Positions 13,446-26,639 are shown, counted from the stretch's first letter. The stretch is 64,000 bases of DNA from Eledone cirrhosa (GCA_964016885.1 OZ024755.1:22258001-22322000), one strand, 5' to 3'. Numbers and translations: made by a program. Notes: generated by a model not told the origin, from the letters alone.

Positions 13446-14653
13446 ATAATTTAATCACTGAAATTTTTATTCAAGTCTCATCAAGATTAACTTTGCTTCA
13501 CCCCCATCAAAGGTTAGGGTTAGGGTCACTAAAATTAAGTATAAAAATTGACATTGTAGTCAATTTTTACCAATAGGGATTTTTAATTTAGCCACAAGGC
13601 TAACAATTTGTGGGGAGTGAGAAATTAGATTATATTTACCCCAGTACTTTACTGGTACTTGGTACTTTACTTGGTACTTTCATCGACCCAAGAAGGTTGA
13701 AAGGCAGATTTGAACATGGCAGCATTTGAACCCAGAACACAAAGAGCCATAACTAAATGCAACAAAGCATTCTATCAAATGCTCTAACGATTCTGCTAAA
13801 TCCACTGACTTTTACCCATAATACTCCCGTCTCTCTCTCTCTCTCTCACCAGTAATACACAACATGCTATCCTAACCACTAGTCCTGAAAATGTGTCTAT
13901 ATAAGTGCTCAGCTTATTAGAAATAACGGCCAGCTTGCTTTCAAATCACACTCTATTACCTTAAAAAAAAAAGATGGGATGGGATGGTCACAGTTGGAGC
14001 ACATTTGATCATAGATCTGCACAGTCAGGACTAATCTGGGGTTAAACTGCAATAACAACAAATACTATATAGTGATTACTTCAGTTGTCTGTGTTTACTC
14101 TTCTCAGACATTTACCTTGTGCTAAGCTAAAAGATAGAGCAGTTATTAGTTTTACTGTAAAATATTGCGATTGTTTTAAAAAATTATATAAAATCTCCAT
14201 CACTGATGCAAGAAAAATCAACATCTGAGCCGATTAGCAGCCATTTCACTTCTCTCTGATACTTCACTAAGTGAAAATTCACTTAATGGTATCTGAAATA
14301 TTTTTTCTCCCTTCTACATAATGTCACTCCACCTGACTCCATCAGCACCAAGAAATGTTCTAAGGATTTATACTGTTTGGATTTGTATATGTAATCTATA
14401 ACATAGTGTTGTAAACATTATGAAGTTCAAGCAATGGGTCATGGTTTCAAATATTTATATAGGCAAGTCCAATAGACCCTTAGTGCCAGACCTAAGGGTC
14501 TTTTGGAGCATAATCCCCTCCAATAATTTGTTTCAATATACTTGTGTTTTGGTTTTTACTCCCTTGATTTCCTATTGACTCTAAATATGTTAGTGTGATC
14601 ATGTTTTTAATTTCTTTCTTAGTCTCGTATTGGTGATAAAAAAAAGTGTGAGC

Positions 14654-14685
<32 letters not shown>

Positions 14686-14688
<3 letters not shown>

Positions 14689-14854
14689 TTTCTACTTTTG
14701 GCACAAGGCCAGCAATTACTGGTACTTTATTTTATCAACCTTGTAAGGATGAAAGGAAAGGTGAAAGCTAACCTTGGCGGGTTTTGAACTCAGAACGTAA
14801 AGGGTCATAACTCCTTGCTGCAAAGCATGGTGTCTGATGCTCTACCAAATGCTG

Positions 14855-14855
<1 letters not shown>
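14686..14855 (-). mobile_element. SINE A with (ATT)n tail
   Basis: Motif match; (AAT)n at 14655-14687. Confidence 0.85.
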
Positions 14856-14885
<30 letters not shown>

Positions 14886-14887
<2 letters not shown>

Positions 14888-15090
14888 GTGTAGGCAACAC
14901 GGTAAAAACCTCCCAGCCCCACACTGTAAATGTGGTTGGTGTTAGGAAGGGCATCCAACTGTAGAAAACCCGCCAGACAGTCCTATGCGAGCAAGACAAC
15001 CACTCTTGCCTCAAGTGGGAAAACCCCCGTCCAAACCCATGCAAGCGTGGAACACGGACGCTAAACCTGATGATGATGATGATGATGATA
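14886..15090 (+). mobile_element. RTE LINE 3'-UTR copy (matches about 5223-5427) in (TA)n
   Basis: Near-identical to the UTR of the 3947-5427 element. Confidence 0.9.
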
Positions 15091-15324
15091 TATATACTTA
15101 AGACTCCCCTCCCAATCCCCAAACTGTAACAGATGCTCTGTTATGAAGTCCAAGCAAGAAGCAGTTCAAGCCATGAGCCATATTTTCAAACAAGATGTTT
15201 CAAGCTACATGTTTCAATCTTTCAATCAACCTTATCACCACATAGACTTCATGTTCAATAATTGCATCTAACATAACTAACATACTTTTAGCTTCTCATT
15301 TCGAGACATTATTTCTGCTACAGT

Positions 15325-15512
15325 GGCAGTGGATTGGCAGTATCGGTAGAGGGTCGGACGCCATGCTTTGACGCATAGAGTTACGGCCCTTGCCATTCTG
15401 AGTTCAAATCCCTCCGAGGTTAACTTTGCTATACTCATCCTTACGAGGTCGATAAAATAAAGTACCAGTAATGTACTGGTTAATTGCTGGCCTTGTGCCA
15501 AACGTAGAAACA
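15325..15512 (+). mobile_element. SINE A with 17-bp TSD attatttctgctacagt
   Basis: TSD at 15308-15324 and 15513-15529. Confidence 0.92.
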
Positions 15513-16357
15513 ATTATTTCTGCTACAGTAAATTTAGAAACATCAACAGTAGGAACTGTTTCACACTTGATAGAGAATGTTGCCAAAACATAGAATTGTG
15601 TAAGAAGTTCTATCTCCTTAAAAGCTTGATTTTTATGCATTCTCTGAGTAAAAGCATTCCACTTTGCTGTTAGAAGAGGCTTAACTATGTTTGAACATTT
15701 TAGTATTGTATAAATTGACGATAATAGTTTATCAGTCCCAAATATATTTCAGTTTTTCTTTTCTTTTGATTAAGGTACACTTACCTATTTAATCTTATCT
15801 ATTTGACTATATAATGACTTGATCTGATTCTTTGAAATATTTATTCAAAAGAAATCTATGAAAAATACATAAATTAAAGCATTTATTTGGGTTAATCGAT
15901 ACAGTGGCTCCTTTCAGTCTAGCAATAGCTGCATTTTCTCAAATCTTCAATTTATTCTTGGTTGTTGAAAAGATGAGTGTGTTGTCCTGATTGATAATTA
16001 TGCCATCATTAATTCTCTTTAAGATAGACTCTATACAATGTTAGAAAATGGAGCTGCTAGTTTTGATACCCATCTTAAGACTATTGAAATAAGTAAATAT
16101 CGTTTCTAGTACTTTCTACATAGAAGAATCTCTTGGAGTACTCGTCCAGACCAATCTTCCAGTACGCACACTGTAAGTCAATTGATGAAAAAAAAAACAA
16201 AAAAATCATCTGTAAACTATTAATGATAACTTTGTTAAAACTGAAGCAGGAATGATGGAGCATGAGTGCTGTACCAGCATCCAATTGTATTCCAACTAAG
16301 TTCTTGTTAAATTCACATTTAACCTTAATGTATATTATTATTTGCTGCACAAAATAG

Positions 16358-16562
16358 GGCGGTGGATTGGCAGTATCGGTAGAGCATCGGACAATATGCT
16401 TTGTGGCATAGAGTTACGGCCCTTTACGTTCTGAATTCAAATCCTGCCGAGGTTATCTTTGCCTTTCATCCTTACGGGGTCGATAAAATAAAGTACCAGT
16501 AATGCACTGGGGTCGATTTAATATCTTCCTAAATTGCTGGCCTTGTGCCTATAATAGAATAC
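16358..16562 (+). mobile_element. SINE A, full length
   Basis: ggcggtggattggcagtatcgg head; flanking attatttg(c/t)tgcacaaa duplication. Confidence 0.9.
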
Positions 16563-16712
16563 ATTATTTGTTGCACAAATAATTTTAAAAATTACCTCCT
16601 CATTCTAAGATTATTTAAGACTTATATCCATAATATTAACATCATGGACAGATTCGGTAGAATTTACTGAAATGGTCCAGTTTAGTAGAATAAGGCACCT
16701 GATGCTGATCAG

Positions 16713-16713
<1 letters not shown>

Positions 16714-16747
<34 letters not shown>

Positions 16748-17018
16748 CCGTTTTTACTTCCGTTCTTCCACGCTAGCATGAGTTAGACGGGTTGTCCTGT
16801 TGTGGGCAGTGTCTGGTCGGCTGACCATGCCTTGCTCATACAGGAACTGATTTGGCTTGATTTCTACAGCTGGATGCCCTTCCTAACACCAACCTTATTT
16901 ACAGTGAGTGCTGGGTGCTTTTTCGTGGCGCCTACACGTCCACTTTACAGTGAGGGCTGGGTGCTTTTTTGCCGTGGCACCTCCTCGACCACCTTGCGGT
17001 GGGGGCATATTGTCTATA
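16714..17018 (-). mobile_element. Non-autonomous RTE-tail element (inverted twin of 13142-13445)
   Basis: The two ORF-track peptides MGSVWSADHALL... are nearly identical on opposite strands. Confidence 0.85.
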
Positions 17019-17051
17019 GAATGTGTGTAAATATTAATAAAGGCTTGTAGT

Positions 17052-17267
17052 TTAACCCTTTAGCATTTACATTACTCTACATTTACTATGGTATTTTTGT
17101 GGTAAAGGCTTAACCTCACATAATATTGAATCTATGAAATGTTGATATTATTTATTTTGAGAACAATGCCTTAACATAAGTATGAGCAGCTGGTTGCAGC
17201 CAGTTTGGACAGAAAGAAGTGAGAGAATTCTGGCCAGATATGGCCAGTTTAAATGCTAAAGGGTTAA
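17052..17267 (-). mobile_element. piggyBac-type MITE, intact ends
   Basis: TTAA-CCCTTTAGCATTTA ... TAAATGCTAAAGGG-TTAA: perfect 14-bp TIR and TTAA TSD. Confidence 0.9.
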
Positions 17268-17269
17268 AC

Positions 17270-17656
17270 ACAATTTGAGGGGAAGAGGAAAGTCAATTAA
17301 ATTTACATGGTACTTTGCTGCTACTTTTATTTTATCAATTGCATCAGGATGAAGAGCAAAAACCAACCTCAGCAGAATTTGAACACAGAACGTAAAGGGA
17401 GGTAAATCAATGACACAAAGCATTTCGTCTGATGCTCTGCCGATACTGCCAATCCACCATCCATGTAAATGTTAATAATTGTTTCTAGTTTTTGGCACAA
17501 GGCCAGCAATTCACCAGTACATTACTGGTACTTTATTTTATCAAACCCCCCCATAAGGATGAAAGGCAAAGTTAACCTCGGCGGGATTTGAACTCAGATT
17601 GGTAAGGGCCGTAACTCTATGTGTCCAACCCTCTACCGATACTGCCAATCCACCGC
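17270..17656 (-). mobile_element. Two tandem SINE A copies
   Basis: ccgatactgccaatccacc head seen twice. Confidence 0.85.
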
Positions 17657-18141
17657 AATAATAAAAATATACTTCCATTTCTACAGATGAGGTTATTTGT
17701 TCATAAAATTATTAATACAATTGTATTAACAATAACACATTTCAGACAATTTTATTTCTGTTAGGATATATTGGAAGCTGGAACATGTGACAACCTTTTC
17801 CAATATCGAATAGAAAATTTTTTTTAAATAAATAAAGAAATAAAGAAATTCAAATATAAAAGAAGGAAAACAGACATCCATATTTTTTTCGATAAGAGAA
17901 GAAGATCATGTTTACTGCTATGGGGTACTTGTTGGGTGTATAGGAAAGACCCATAGGGGGATTTATAACAGAGGAGTTATTTATTTGTATAGTCTTCTCT
18001 TATATAATATTTATTATTGTTTATGTATAAGACAAAGAAGAACTAATTTCAACATGGAAATACTCTCAACCACTTAGATATTGTATAAGTGATTAAAATC
18101 AATACATGTATCTATCTATCTATCTATAAATATATATATAT

Positions 18142-18352
18142 CAGTGGTGAAGGGTAACCTGGAAAGCAGAGCATGTGGTCAAAGCCGCATATGGTGTTAT
18201 CTAGTGTGTGTGTGTGTGTGTGTTATCTTTTTATGTGTCTACGTTTTAGTAAGCAGCCAAAATTCTGCTTGCTTCAACCAACGCAATTGATCAACTCAAG
18301 ATTCTGTAACGCATGCACTGCATGCGTTGCATGCACGGACCCTTCGCCCCTG
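18142..18352. mobile_element. MITE with 14-bp TIR (hAT-like) in a (TA)n tract
   Basis: CAGTGGTGAAGGGT ... ACCCTTCGCCCCTG with two mismatches, flanked by atatatat. Confidence 0.7.
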
Positions 18353-18394
18353 ATATATATATATATATATATACATACACACACACTCACACGT

Positions 18395-18550
18395 TTTTTT
18401 CCGTTCCTTTCTCTTCTCACTTTTTATCTTTCTATTACATCTTTTGTTTCTCATTCTATCTTCTGATAAAGGACTAGTGTCTGAAACATAAAGACTCTTT
18501 TCTTACTATATCAAGCGTTAAACTAATATGTTTCTTTTTCATTTTTGCAT
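18395..18550 (+). mobile_element. Penelope-like pLTR fragment with degenerate hammerhead (18459-18494)
   Basis: tctt-CTGATAA-aggac tagt gtct-GAAA-ca-TA-aaga; downstream sequence shared with 36445 and 39815 copies. Confidence 0.7.
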
Positions 18551-18600
18551 ACACACATGCGCGTGCATACATACATGCACATATATATATATATATATAT

Positions 18601-19070
18601 ATTTCGTTTCTGAATTTGTTTAGCAAGATTCTTTATCTGAAAACGTGTGTTGAAACCGATATTGTTATACTTTGGGAGGGTCATGTTGCCAATGAGAAAC
18701 ACATGCACCAGTTGCTTTCACTTCAATTTATTATAATAAATTTATAAATTTAGGAATTTATAAATTTCCGGTTGGCTGGCTCTACAACCAGATGATTGTT
18801 TATATATTGTCAAAGTTCTTTCGTCACACATTCTGTGACCTCTTCGATGACTGGGGATTCTTTTCTTTGTTTTTGTGCCTCTTCTTTGTTCTGTCCTACG
18901 CCATCTTGTTTTTTTACAAAACAAGATGGCGTAGGACAGTTGTGGAACCAACCAATCAACCGGAAATTTATAAATTCCTAAATTTATAAATTTATTATAA
19001 TAAATTGAAGTGAAAGCAACTGGTGCGTGTGTTTCTTATTGGCAACATGACCCTCCCAAAGTACAACAAG
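18601..19070. mobile_element. Fold-back element between (TA)n tracts: tail, about 118-bp inverted arms, nested 22-bp hairpin
   Basis: 18662-18779 complementary to 18952-19069; inner stem 18891-18912 / 18918-18939. Confidence 0.8.
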
Positions 19071-19171
19071 TTATATATATATATATATACCTATATTTTC
19101 TGCCAGGAGTTGTGACTGGTAGATAGTATCAGCAATTAGAATGACCAATAGAAACATTGTTTCCTTAGTCC

Positions 19172-19625
19172 AATATAAAAATATATCTTATTGTCTATAG
19201 TGTAAGCAACAACTATAGTGATGGTAATATGTATAGGTAGAATATAAAAATATATCTTATTGTCTATAGTGTAAGCAACAACTATAGTGGTGGTAATATG
19301 TATAGGTAGAATATAAAAATATATCTTATTGTCTGTAGTGAAAGCAACAACTATAGTGGTGGTAATATGTATAGGTAGAATATAAAAATATATCTTATTG
19401 TCTGTAGTGAAAGCAACAACTATAGTGGTGGTAATATGTATAGGTAGAATATAAAAATATATCTTATTGTCTGTAGTGTAAGCAACAACTATAGTGGTGG
19501 TACTATGTATAGGTAGAATATAAAAATATATCTTATTGTCTGTAGTGTAAGCAACAACTATAGTGGTGGTAATATGTATAGGTAGAATATAAAAATATAT
19601 CTTATTGTCTATAGTGTAAGCAACG
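19172..19625. repeat. 69-bp minisatellite, about 6.6 copies
   Basis: Unit starts at 19172, 19241, 19310, 19379, 19448, 19517, 19586. Confidence 0.95.
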
Positions 19626-20403
19626 TTTGAAAGAGAAATGTGTAAACAAGTTTATTTTACAGGATATGTCACTCATAATTATTATCAATTTCCCACAATT
19701 TTGAACCCTTGAACCAAGCTCTAAACCCCCTCCTACTCCTTCTCCTACTCCTCTTACTATTACTGCTACTCCATAACAGAAAGAGAAGGAGGGAAAGAGA
19801 TGGGGTATCGAAATGGGAGGAATAGAGAGGGGGGAAAGCGAGAAGGAAAGCGAGAGAGAAAGAGGCAAGGAGAAAGAAAGAGAAAGAGGGCAAGACATGA
19901 ACTGAAAGAGAGAGAGAGAGAATTGGGACAGTGGCAGAATATGAGACATTTGAAGGGGAGGAGGAGTGGTATCAGATATTTGAAGGGAAGGAGGAATGGT
20001 ATGAGACAATGAAGAGAAGGAGGAATATGTCACCCAAGTGATGACCTGATGTCACCACAAACAAATAATAATAAAAAATGAAGAAGAATGAAAGGTATAA
20101 CTTGTTTAAATGTTCTTTTTACAGGGTCGATAAAATAAAGTACCAGTAATACACTGAGTCAATTAAATTGATTTCCCTCTTACTCTTCAAACCAATGGCT
20201 TTGAGTCAGCCAAAAATAGCAACAAATACTTTAAAGGGTGGTGAATTGGTAGAATCGTGTGAAATACTTAAATATTGCATATGATTGAACAATATATGTT
20301 GTAGTCAGCATATGTTGACTATTATAATAGACACAGAAACATATGTTAAAGCCAATAAATTCTTACTTTCTCATCTCGCTGAAGTCTATATTTTCCTGGG
20401 TGT

Positions 20404-20442
<39 letters not shown>

Positions 20443-21136
20443 ATGTGTGTGCATGTGTGTGTGTCAAGAAAGTTAGTCAGAAATAGCTATTTTTCCATAT
20501 TTAGTTTTATACAATCAATATTTAGTGATGTGATGTACTAGGGAAGGGGAATTAAATATGATCTCTTGTCTCATCCCCAGAGAAGGAAAATAACATACTA
20601 AAATTATTGGTGTTGAGGGAGGAGTAATCAAATATTCTTGAGAAACTCATGAATGTTACTCTATCACATTTAACCAAACCTAGGACTTAATATTTTTAGT
20701 TAATATAAAAATATATAAAAAATTGGAAAAAAACACAACAATATTACTAAAAATTTATCTGTTGTATCTGTAATCAAAACATGGCTGAAATGCCACAAGA
20801 ATAAAAAAAATGTTGAAATATCATATTCTGACAATAAATATTTGTTTTATTATTCTATTATTATTTTTGTTTTTGCTTTCTGTGCTGTATATTACATTGA
20901 TCCATCTACATCTGTCATGTTCCCTGGTTTCTTTGGAAGAGTTCTTTGTAGCTAGCTTCTTGTATTTACTAAATTAATGATCTACATCGGATAAAATGCG
21001 AAGTCAGCCACAACAGGATTTGAACTCAGAGCCTAAAGTCCCTAATTACTGCAAGGCCTTTTGTTTAACTCTCTCGTGATCTTGACAATCTGTGATCTTT
21101 AAATTCATAGCAATAATTCCTAGCATTAAATATTAA

Positions 21137-21326
21137 TTGTTTCTACCTTAGGCAGAAGGCCAGCAATTACCCAGTGTATTACTGGTACTTTATTTTATCG
21201 ACCCCGTAAGGATGAAAGGCAAAGTCAACCTCGGCGGGATTTGAACTCAGATCATAAAGGGACGTAACTATGCTGGAAAGCATGGCGTCCGACCCTCTAC
21301 CGATACTGTCATTACCGATACCGCCC
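21137..21326 (-). mobile_element. SINE A with TSD cattaaatattaat
   Basis: Motif match and flanking duplication. Confidence 0.88.
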
Positions 21327-21347
21327 TAACATTAAATATTAATGTGT

Positions 21348-21593
21348 AATGAGATACAGTTTAGCTTTGTGTCTGGGAGAAGAACTACTAATGCCATCTT
21401 TCTAGTTAGACTGATGCAGGAGATGTACTTAATTAAGGATAACATCCTGTACTTGGCATTCATTGACCTGGAAAAAGCCTTTGACAAAATCACATGCACT
21501 GTAAATTGATGATTGCTTAGGATGCAAGGGATAGCGGAATGGCTTATAGGGGCAGTGCAGGCTAAGTACAGAGATACAACCAGCAAAGAAAGA
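21348..21593 (+). pseudogene. Decayed RTE reverse-transcriptase fragment (domains 2-3)
   Basis: NEIQFSFVSGRRTTNAIFLVRLMQEMYL..LYLAFIDLEKAFDKI..**LLRMQGIAEWLIGAVQAKY. Confidence 0.85.
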
Positions 21594-21614
21594 ATGGCTG
21601 CTATCAAAGGTCAG

Positions 21615-22035
21615 TTTTATCAGGGCTGAATTTGGGCCCAATTAATAAAATGACACAATGGTCACAGCTGGAATGCCTTTAATCATATATCTACTTGATG
21701 AGAGCTGACTTAGGGCGAAAATGTTTTTAAATGATGGGATGGTCACAGTTTGAATGCTTCTAATCATATATCTACTTGATGAGAGCTGACTTAGGAATAA
21801 ATGAATAAAAGATTGGATGGTCATAGCTGGACTGCCTTTGATCATAGTTCTACCTAAATAGGGTTGATTTGAGGCTAAACTAAAAAGAATAAATCGAATA
21901 CTCATGACTGGAATGTCTTTAATAAAAGATCTGCTATATAAGGGCTGATGGTCATAACTGGAATGCCTTTAATCATATGTATACTTCATGAAGGCTGACT
22001 CGGGTTTAACAACAACAATAACAGCAACAACAACA
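21615..22035 (+). repeat. About 5 diverged tandem copies of a retroelement 3' tail ending in (AAC)n
   Basis: gatggtcacagctggaatgcctttaatcat..gctgact repeated; single copies near 13980-14060 (+) and 12845-12925 (-). Confidence 0.7.
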
Positions 22036-22378
22036 GCATTACAACATCTAAAAAACAAAACATTTTGTAAACTTTGTGTTGACACAAGTCCAGTTATTCC
22101 AGACATTTTACTTTATTAATTAATTAGACATTAGTGTAATTTTTGGCAATGTTCCTACCTATACAGAAAACCAGATTAGATGGACTCAGTTTTTTAATAA
22201 AAGGAATAAATCGGAGTGTTAATGTGGAAATATTTAAATAAGTTGCAGTCTTGAAACATAAACTAATTTTCACTTAAAATATGAAGATATTCATTTCTTA
22301 CTTTTGGTCCAATGCCAGAAATTTAAGGGTATGAACAATTGAACAAATCCCAATAATTGAATGGTAGTTATTTTATTA

Positions 22379-22630
22379 TGGAGGCATGTGGCCTATTGGT
22401 AAGGGTGTTGGACTTATGATCATAATGTCATGGGTTTGATTCCTGGGCTGGGTTGTGTCTTTCAGCAAAACACTTCATTTCACGTAGCTCCAGTATACTC
22501 AGCTGAAAATAGATACCACTAGTAACCAGGTTGAGGGGGAGAGTGTTGTACTCTCAGTCACTTAATACCATGGAAACCGAGATAAGCACCGGCCTATGAG
22601 CCTCTGGGTTTGAGACAAACTTTAGACTTT
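22379..22630 (+). mobile_element. tRNA-derived SINE family C
   Basis: tggcctattggtaagg A box, ggtttgattcc B box, agcaaaacacttcatttcac..gctccagt..actcagctg core. Confidence 0.75.
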
Positions 22631-22752
22631 TAGTTATTTTATTAACTTTAGAAGGGAGAAAGAGAAAGACAGCCTCACAAGAATGAGAAAGAAAGGGTGG
22701 GTAGGAAGGGGTTATTACACAGGACTTTAAAGTTCCCTTTGATTTCTGGTCT

Positions 22753-24306
22753 GTAGCCTATAGTCTAAATGTAACCTATAGTCTGAATGTAGCCATTAGT
22801 CTGAATGTAGTCTATAGTCTGAATGTAGCCTATAGTCTGAATGTAGCCATTAGTCTGAATGTAGCCTATAGTCTGAATGTAGCCATTAGTCTGAATGTAG
22901 CCTATAGTCTGAATGTAGCCTATAGTCTGAATGTAGCCTATAGTCTGAATGTAGCCTATAGTCTGAATGTAGTCTATAGTCTGAATGTAGCCATTAGTCT
23001 GAATGTAGCCTATAGTCTGAATGTAGCCATTAGTCTGAATGTAGTCTATAGTCTGAATGTAGCCATTAGTCTGAATGTAGCCTATAGTCTGAATGTAGCC
23101 TATAGTCTGATGTAGCCATTAGTCTGAATGTAGCCATTAGTCTGAATGTAGCCTATAGTCTGAATGTAGCCATTAGTCTGAATGTAGCCTATAGTCTGAA
23201 TGTAGCCATTAGTCTGAATGTAGCCTATAGTCTGAATGTAGCCTATAGTCTGAATGTAGCCATTAGTCTGAATGTAGCCTATAGTCTGAATGTAGCCATT
23301 AGTCTGAATGTAACTATAGTCTGAATGTAGCCATTAGTCTGAATGTAGTCTATAGTCTGAATGTAGCCATTAGTCTGAATGTAGCCTATAGTCTGAATGT
23401 AGCCTATAGTCTGAATGTAGCCATTAGTCTAAATGTAGCCTATAGTCTGAATGTAGCCATTAGTCTGAATGTAGCCTATAGTCTGAATGTAGCCTATAGT
23501 CTGAATGTAGCCATTAGTCTGAATGTAGTCTATAGTCTGAATGTAGCCATTAGTCTGAATGTAGCCTATAGTCTGAATGTAGCCTATAGTCTGAATATAG
23601 CCATTAGTCTGAATGTAGCCTATAGTCTGAATGAAGCCTATAGTCTAAATGTAGCCTATAGTCTGAATGTAGCCTATAGTCTGAATGTAGCCATTAGTCT
23701 AAATGTAGTCTATAGTCTGAATGTAGCCATTAGTCTGAATGTAGCCTATAGTCTGAATGTAGCCTATAGTCTGAATGTAGCCATTAGTCTAAATGTAGTC
23801 TATAGTCTGAATGTAGCCTATAGTCTGAATGTAGCCTATAGTCTGAATATAGCCATTAGTCTGAATGTAGCCTATAGTCTGAATATAGCCATTAGTCTGA
23901 ATGTAGCCTATAGTCTGAATGTAGCCATTAGTCTAAATGTAGTCTATAGTCTGAATATAGCCTATAGTCTGAATGTAGCCATTAGTCTAAATGTAGTCTA
24001 TAGTCTGAATATAGCCTATAGTCTGAATATAGCCTATAGTCTGAATGTAGCCATTAGTCTGAATGTAGCCTATAGTCTATAGTCTGAATGTAGCCATTAG
24101 TCTAAATGTAGTCTATAGTCTGATGTAGCCTATAGTCTGAATGTAGCCTATAGTCTGAATGTAGCCATTAGTCTGAATGTAGTCTATAGTCTGAATGTAG
24201 CCATTAGTCTGAATGTAGCCTATAGTCTGAATGTAGCCATTAGTCTGAATGTAGCCTATAGTCTGAATATAGCCTATAGTCTGAATGTAGCCATTAGTCT
24301 GAATGC
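22753..24306. repeat. 18-bp minisatellite, about 86 copies
   Basis: Unit tagtctgaatgtag(ccta|ccat|tcta). Confidence 0.98.
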
Positions 24307-24310
24307 AGCT

Positions 24311-24523
24311 TTAACCCTTTAGCATTTACATTACTCTATATATACTATTGTATTTTTGAAGACACAATATCTCACATAATATCGAATCTATGAGATTTTG
24401 ATATTATTCATGTTGAGAACAATACCTTAACATCAGTATGAGAAGCTGGTTACAGCCGGTTTGAACAGAAAGAGGTGAGAGAATTCTGGCTGCATATGGC
24501 CGGTTTAAATGCTAAAGAGTTAA
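24311..24523 (-). mobile_element. piggyBac-type MITE
   Basis: TTAA-CCCTTTAGCATTTA ... TAAATGCTAAAGAG-TTAA. Confidence 0.9.
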
Positions 24524-24807
24524 GGCTGCAGGTTCTAGCCGTGGTTTACACTAAATACACTTAACTAAGTTTCTATCTACTCCCTGTACACACACACCAA
24601 ACTCATCCACTTCCTAAACAGCATTGGGATTCCATATTATCTGTGTCTAATTAATATTTTATTATTTGGCTTATTGACTTTTATGTCATTGGAATTAACA
24701 TATAAAACAAGATACTGCAAAATGTGTTGTCCAGATCTTTATCCTTTTTACCATTTGTCAGTTTTAACTGCTGGGAAATATCACAACTACTCCAAGAATC
24801 AACACTA

Positions 24808-24985
24808 TGGCAGTATCGGTAGAGGGTCGGACGCCATGCTTTGACGTATAGAGTTACGGCCCTTGCCATTCTGATTTCAAATCCCGCCGAGGTTAACTTT
24901 GCCTTTCATCCTTACGGGGGTCCATAAAATAAAGTACCAGTAATGCTCTGGGTAATTGCTGGCCTTGTGCCAAAAGTAGAAACAA
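24808..24985 (+). mobile_element. SINE A
   Basis: Motif match. Confidence 0.88.
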
Positions 24986-25259
24986 TTATTTTAAACTACT
25001 CTGAAGTTATCTTGTCATCTGGTTCCTCCAGCCTCATGGTAACAGGCCACTATGATCTTCTATCTTCTCTCTGTCTCTGGCTTTGTTGGTGCTTGAAACG
25101 AATTTGTGCTACACCTGTGCAAGTCCTTTCTACTATAGCAGGTATGGGCGACCTTTTTCGAGCAATGTGGCTCATCATAAAGTAGGCAACACTGCTAAAC
25201 AATTCAAGGCAATTGTTTTTGCCTATGATAAAATCTGTTCAGTGATTTTTTCCTGAGAC

Positions 25260-25623
25260 GTTCTAACTACACGTGTATAATATTGGAGCTATGATCTCCT
25301 AATTCAGAGAAGTAGTGACTCTACCTGGAGTGGCTCTCTAAACTCTGAACTACTCACTGTATTGAGAAGTGTTACTCCAAAGACCCTTTGGAGGAACCCT
25401 ATTCTAACCACACATCTGTAATATTGGAGCTATGATCTCTCAATTCAGAGAAGTAGCTGCTCTACCTGGAGTGACTCTCTGATCTCCAAACTACACACTC
25501 TATTGAGAAATGTTACTCCAAAGACCCTTTGGAGGAACCCTATTCTAACCATATGTCCATAATATCAGAGCTAAGATCTCTCAATTCAGAGAAGTAGCGG
25601 CTCTGCTTGGAATGACTCTCTGA
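25260..25623. repeat. About 140-bp tandem repeat, about 2.5 copies
   Basis: taatattggagctatgatctc..aattcagagaagtag at about 25278, 25420, 25560. Confidence 0.9.
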
Positions 25624-25990
25624 AATGAGATTCTCAACAAAAACTAACAACAGCAAAGAAGCAGTTTATTTATTTGTTTATTTGTTTATTTATCTATTTA
25701 TTTATTCATTTATTTATTGAAGAGGGAGACTTGTAAGCAGTTGATTATTGTAAAAACAAGTAACTAGTGATTAGGGTATACTAGTTAACTTCTGTTTGAT
25801 GGAATTGATTTTACTGTGTTGTTCTAGTCTGTTGTTATTGACAGATACCATTCCACAGAGGAGTTAAAGAGAGAGAGGGAATAGAATGAGAAGGAGAGAG
25901 TGGGGGAGGGAGAGAGTGAAAAAGATATATATATGTAAATTTAAATAATTTTCCTATTCCACAATGCTTCATGTAAACTACAACACTCTG

Positions 25991-26037
<47 letters not shown>

Positions 26038-26038
<1 letters not shown>

Positions 26039-26221
26039 CGAAGGAAATATGGTAAGGAACCAGGTGGACCATAACGCACCAAAGTACTCAATACTTAGGG
26101 TAGTAGAGTGGGTAATAGGAACGAGTAGGACCCCGACGGCTGAGCTCAAGCCGTTTTGACGTTTCAGTCCAGAATTAGCCGTCGAAACAGCTTGAGCTCA
26201 GCCGTCGGGGTCCTACTCGTT

Positions 26222-26226
<5 letters not shown>
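26038..26226 (-). mobile_element. Fold-back element between (TA)n tracts (tail plus about 47-bp arms)
   Basis: 26115-26161 complementary to 26180-26226; a tail-like fragment also occurs at about 52770-52800. Confidence 0.8.
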
Positions 26227-26276
<50 letters not shown>

Positions 26277-26639
26277 GAATATAAAAAAGAGATAAACACA
26301 GATATATACATACATGTGTTCAAATCGTAAGAGTCCAGATTCGCTAGGGTGAAAAAAAAACTAACTATGAACAATAGGGTTTGCCAGATTCAATTTAAAA
26401 CAATAAATTAAGAAAAAAAAAAAATACAAACTGAAATTGTGACAACTATCAAACATCCAGACAGCTTTTGGCAATGCTGTTTCGTAATTTAGTTAAAGGG
26501 AATTACCAATTCTGTTGCTCTTCAGTGGATGTCAAATTAGTAAACCCTTCACTTCTAAGTATCTCAGAAGACTGAATGATGAGCGTATTCAAAATAACGC
26601 ACATGGCATCCAGAACCTTAAGTATATATATATATATAT

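Noticed and set aside
13511-13530. Interstitial telomeric repeat
   Set aside because: Only two TTAGGG units, expected by chance
16358-16450. tRNA gene
   Set aside because: A and B boxes are present but continue into the SINE core; many decayed copies and no clean cloverleaf
21690-21722. Hammerhead-like cttgatgagagc...gcgaaa
   Set aside because: Core interrupted and not conserved in neighbouring tandem units
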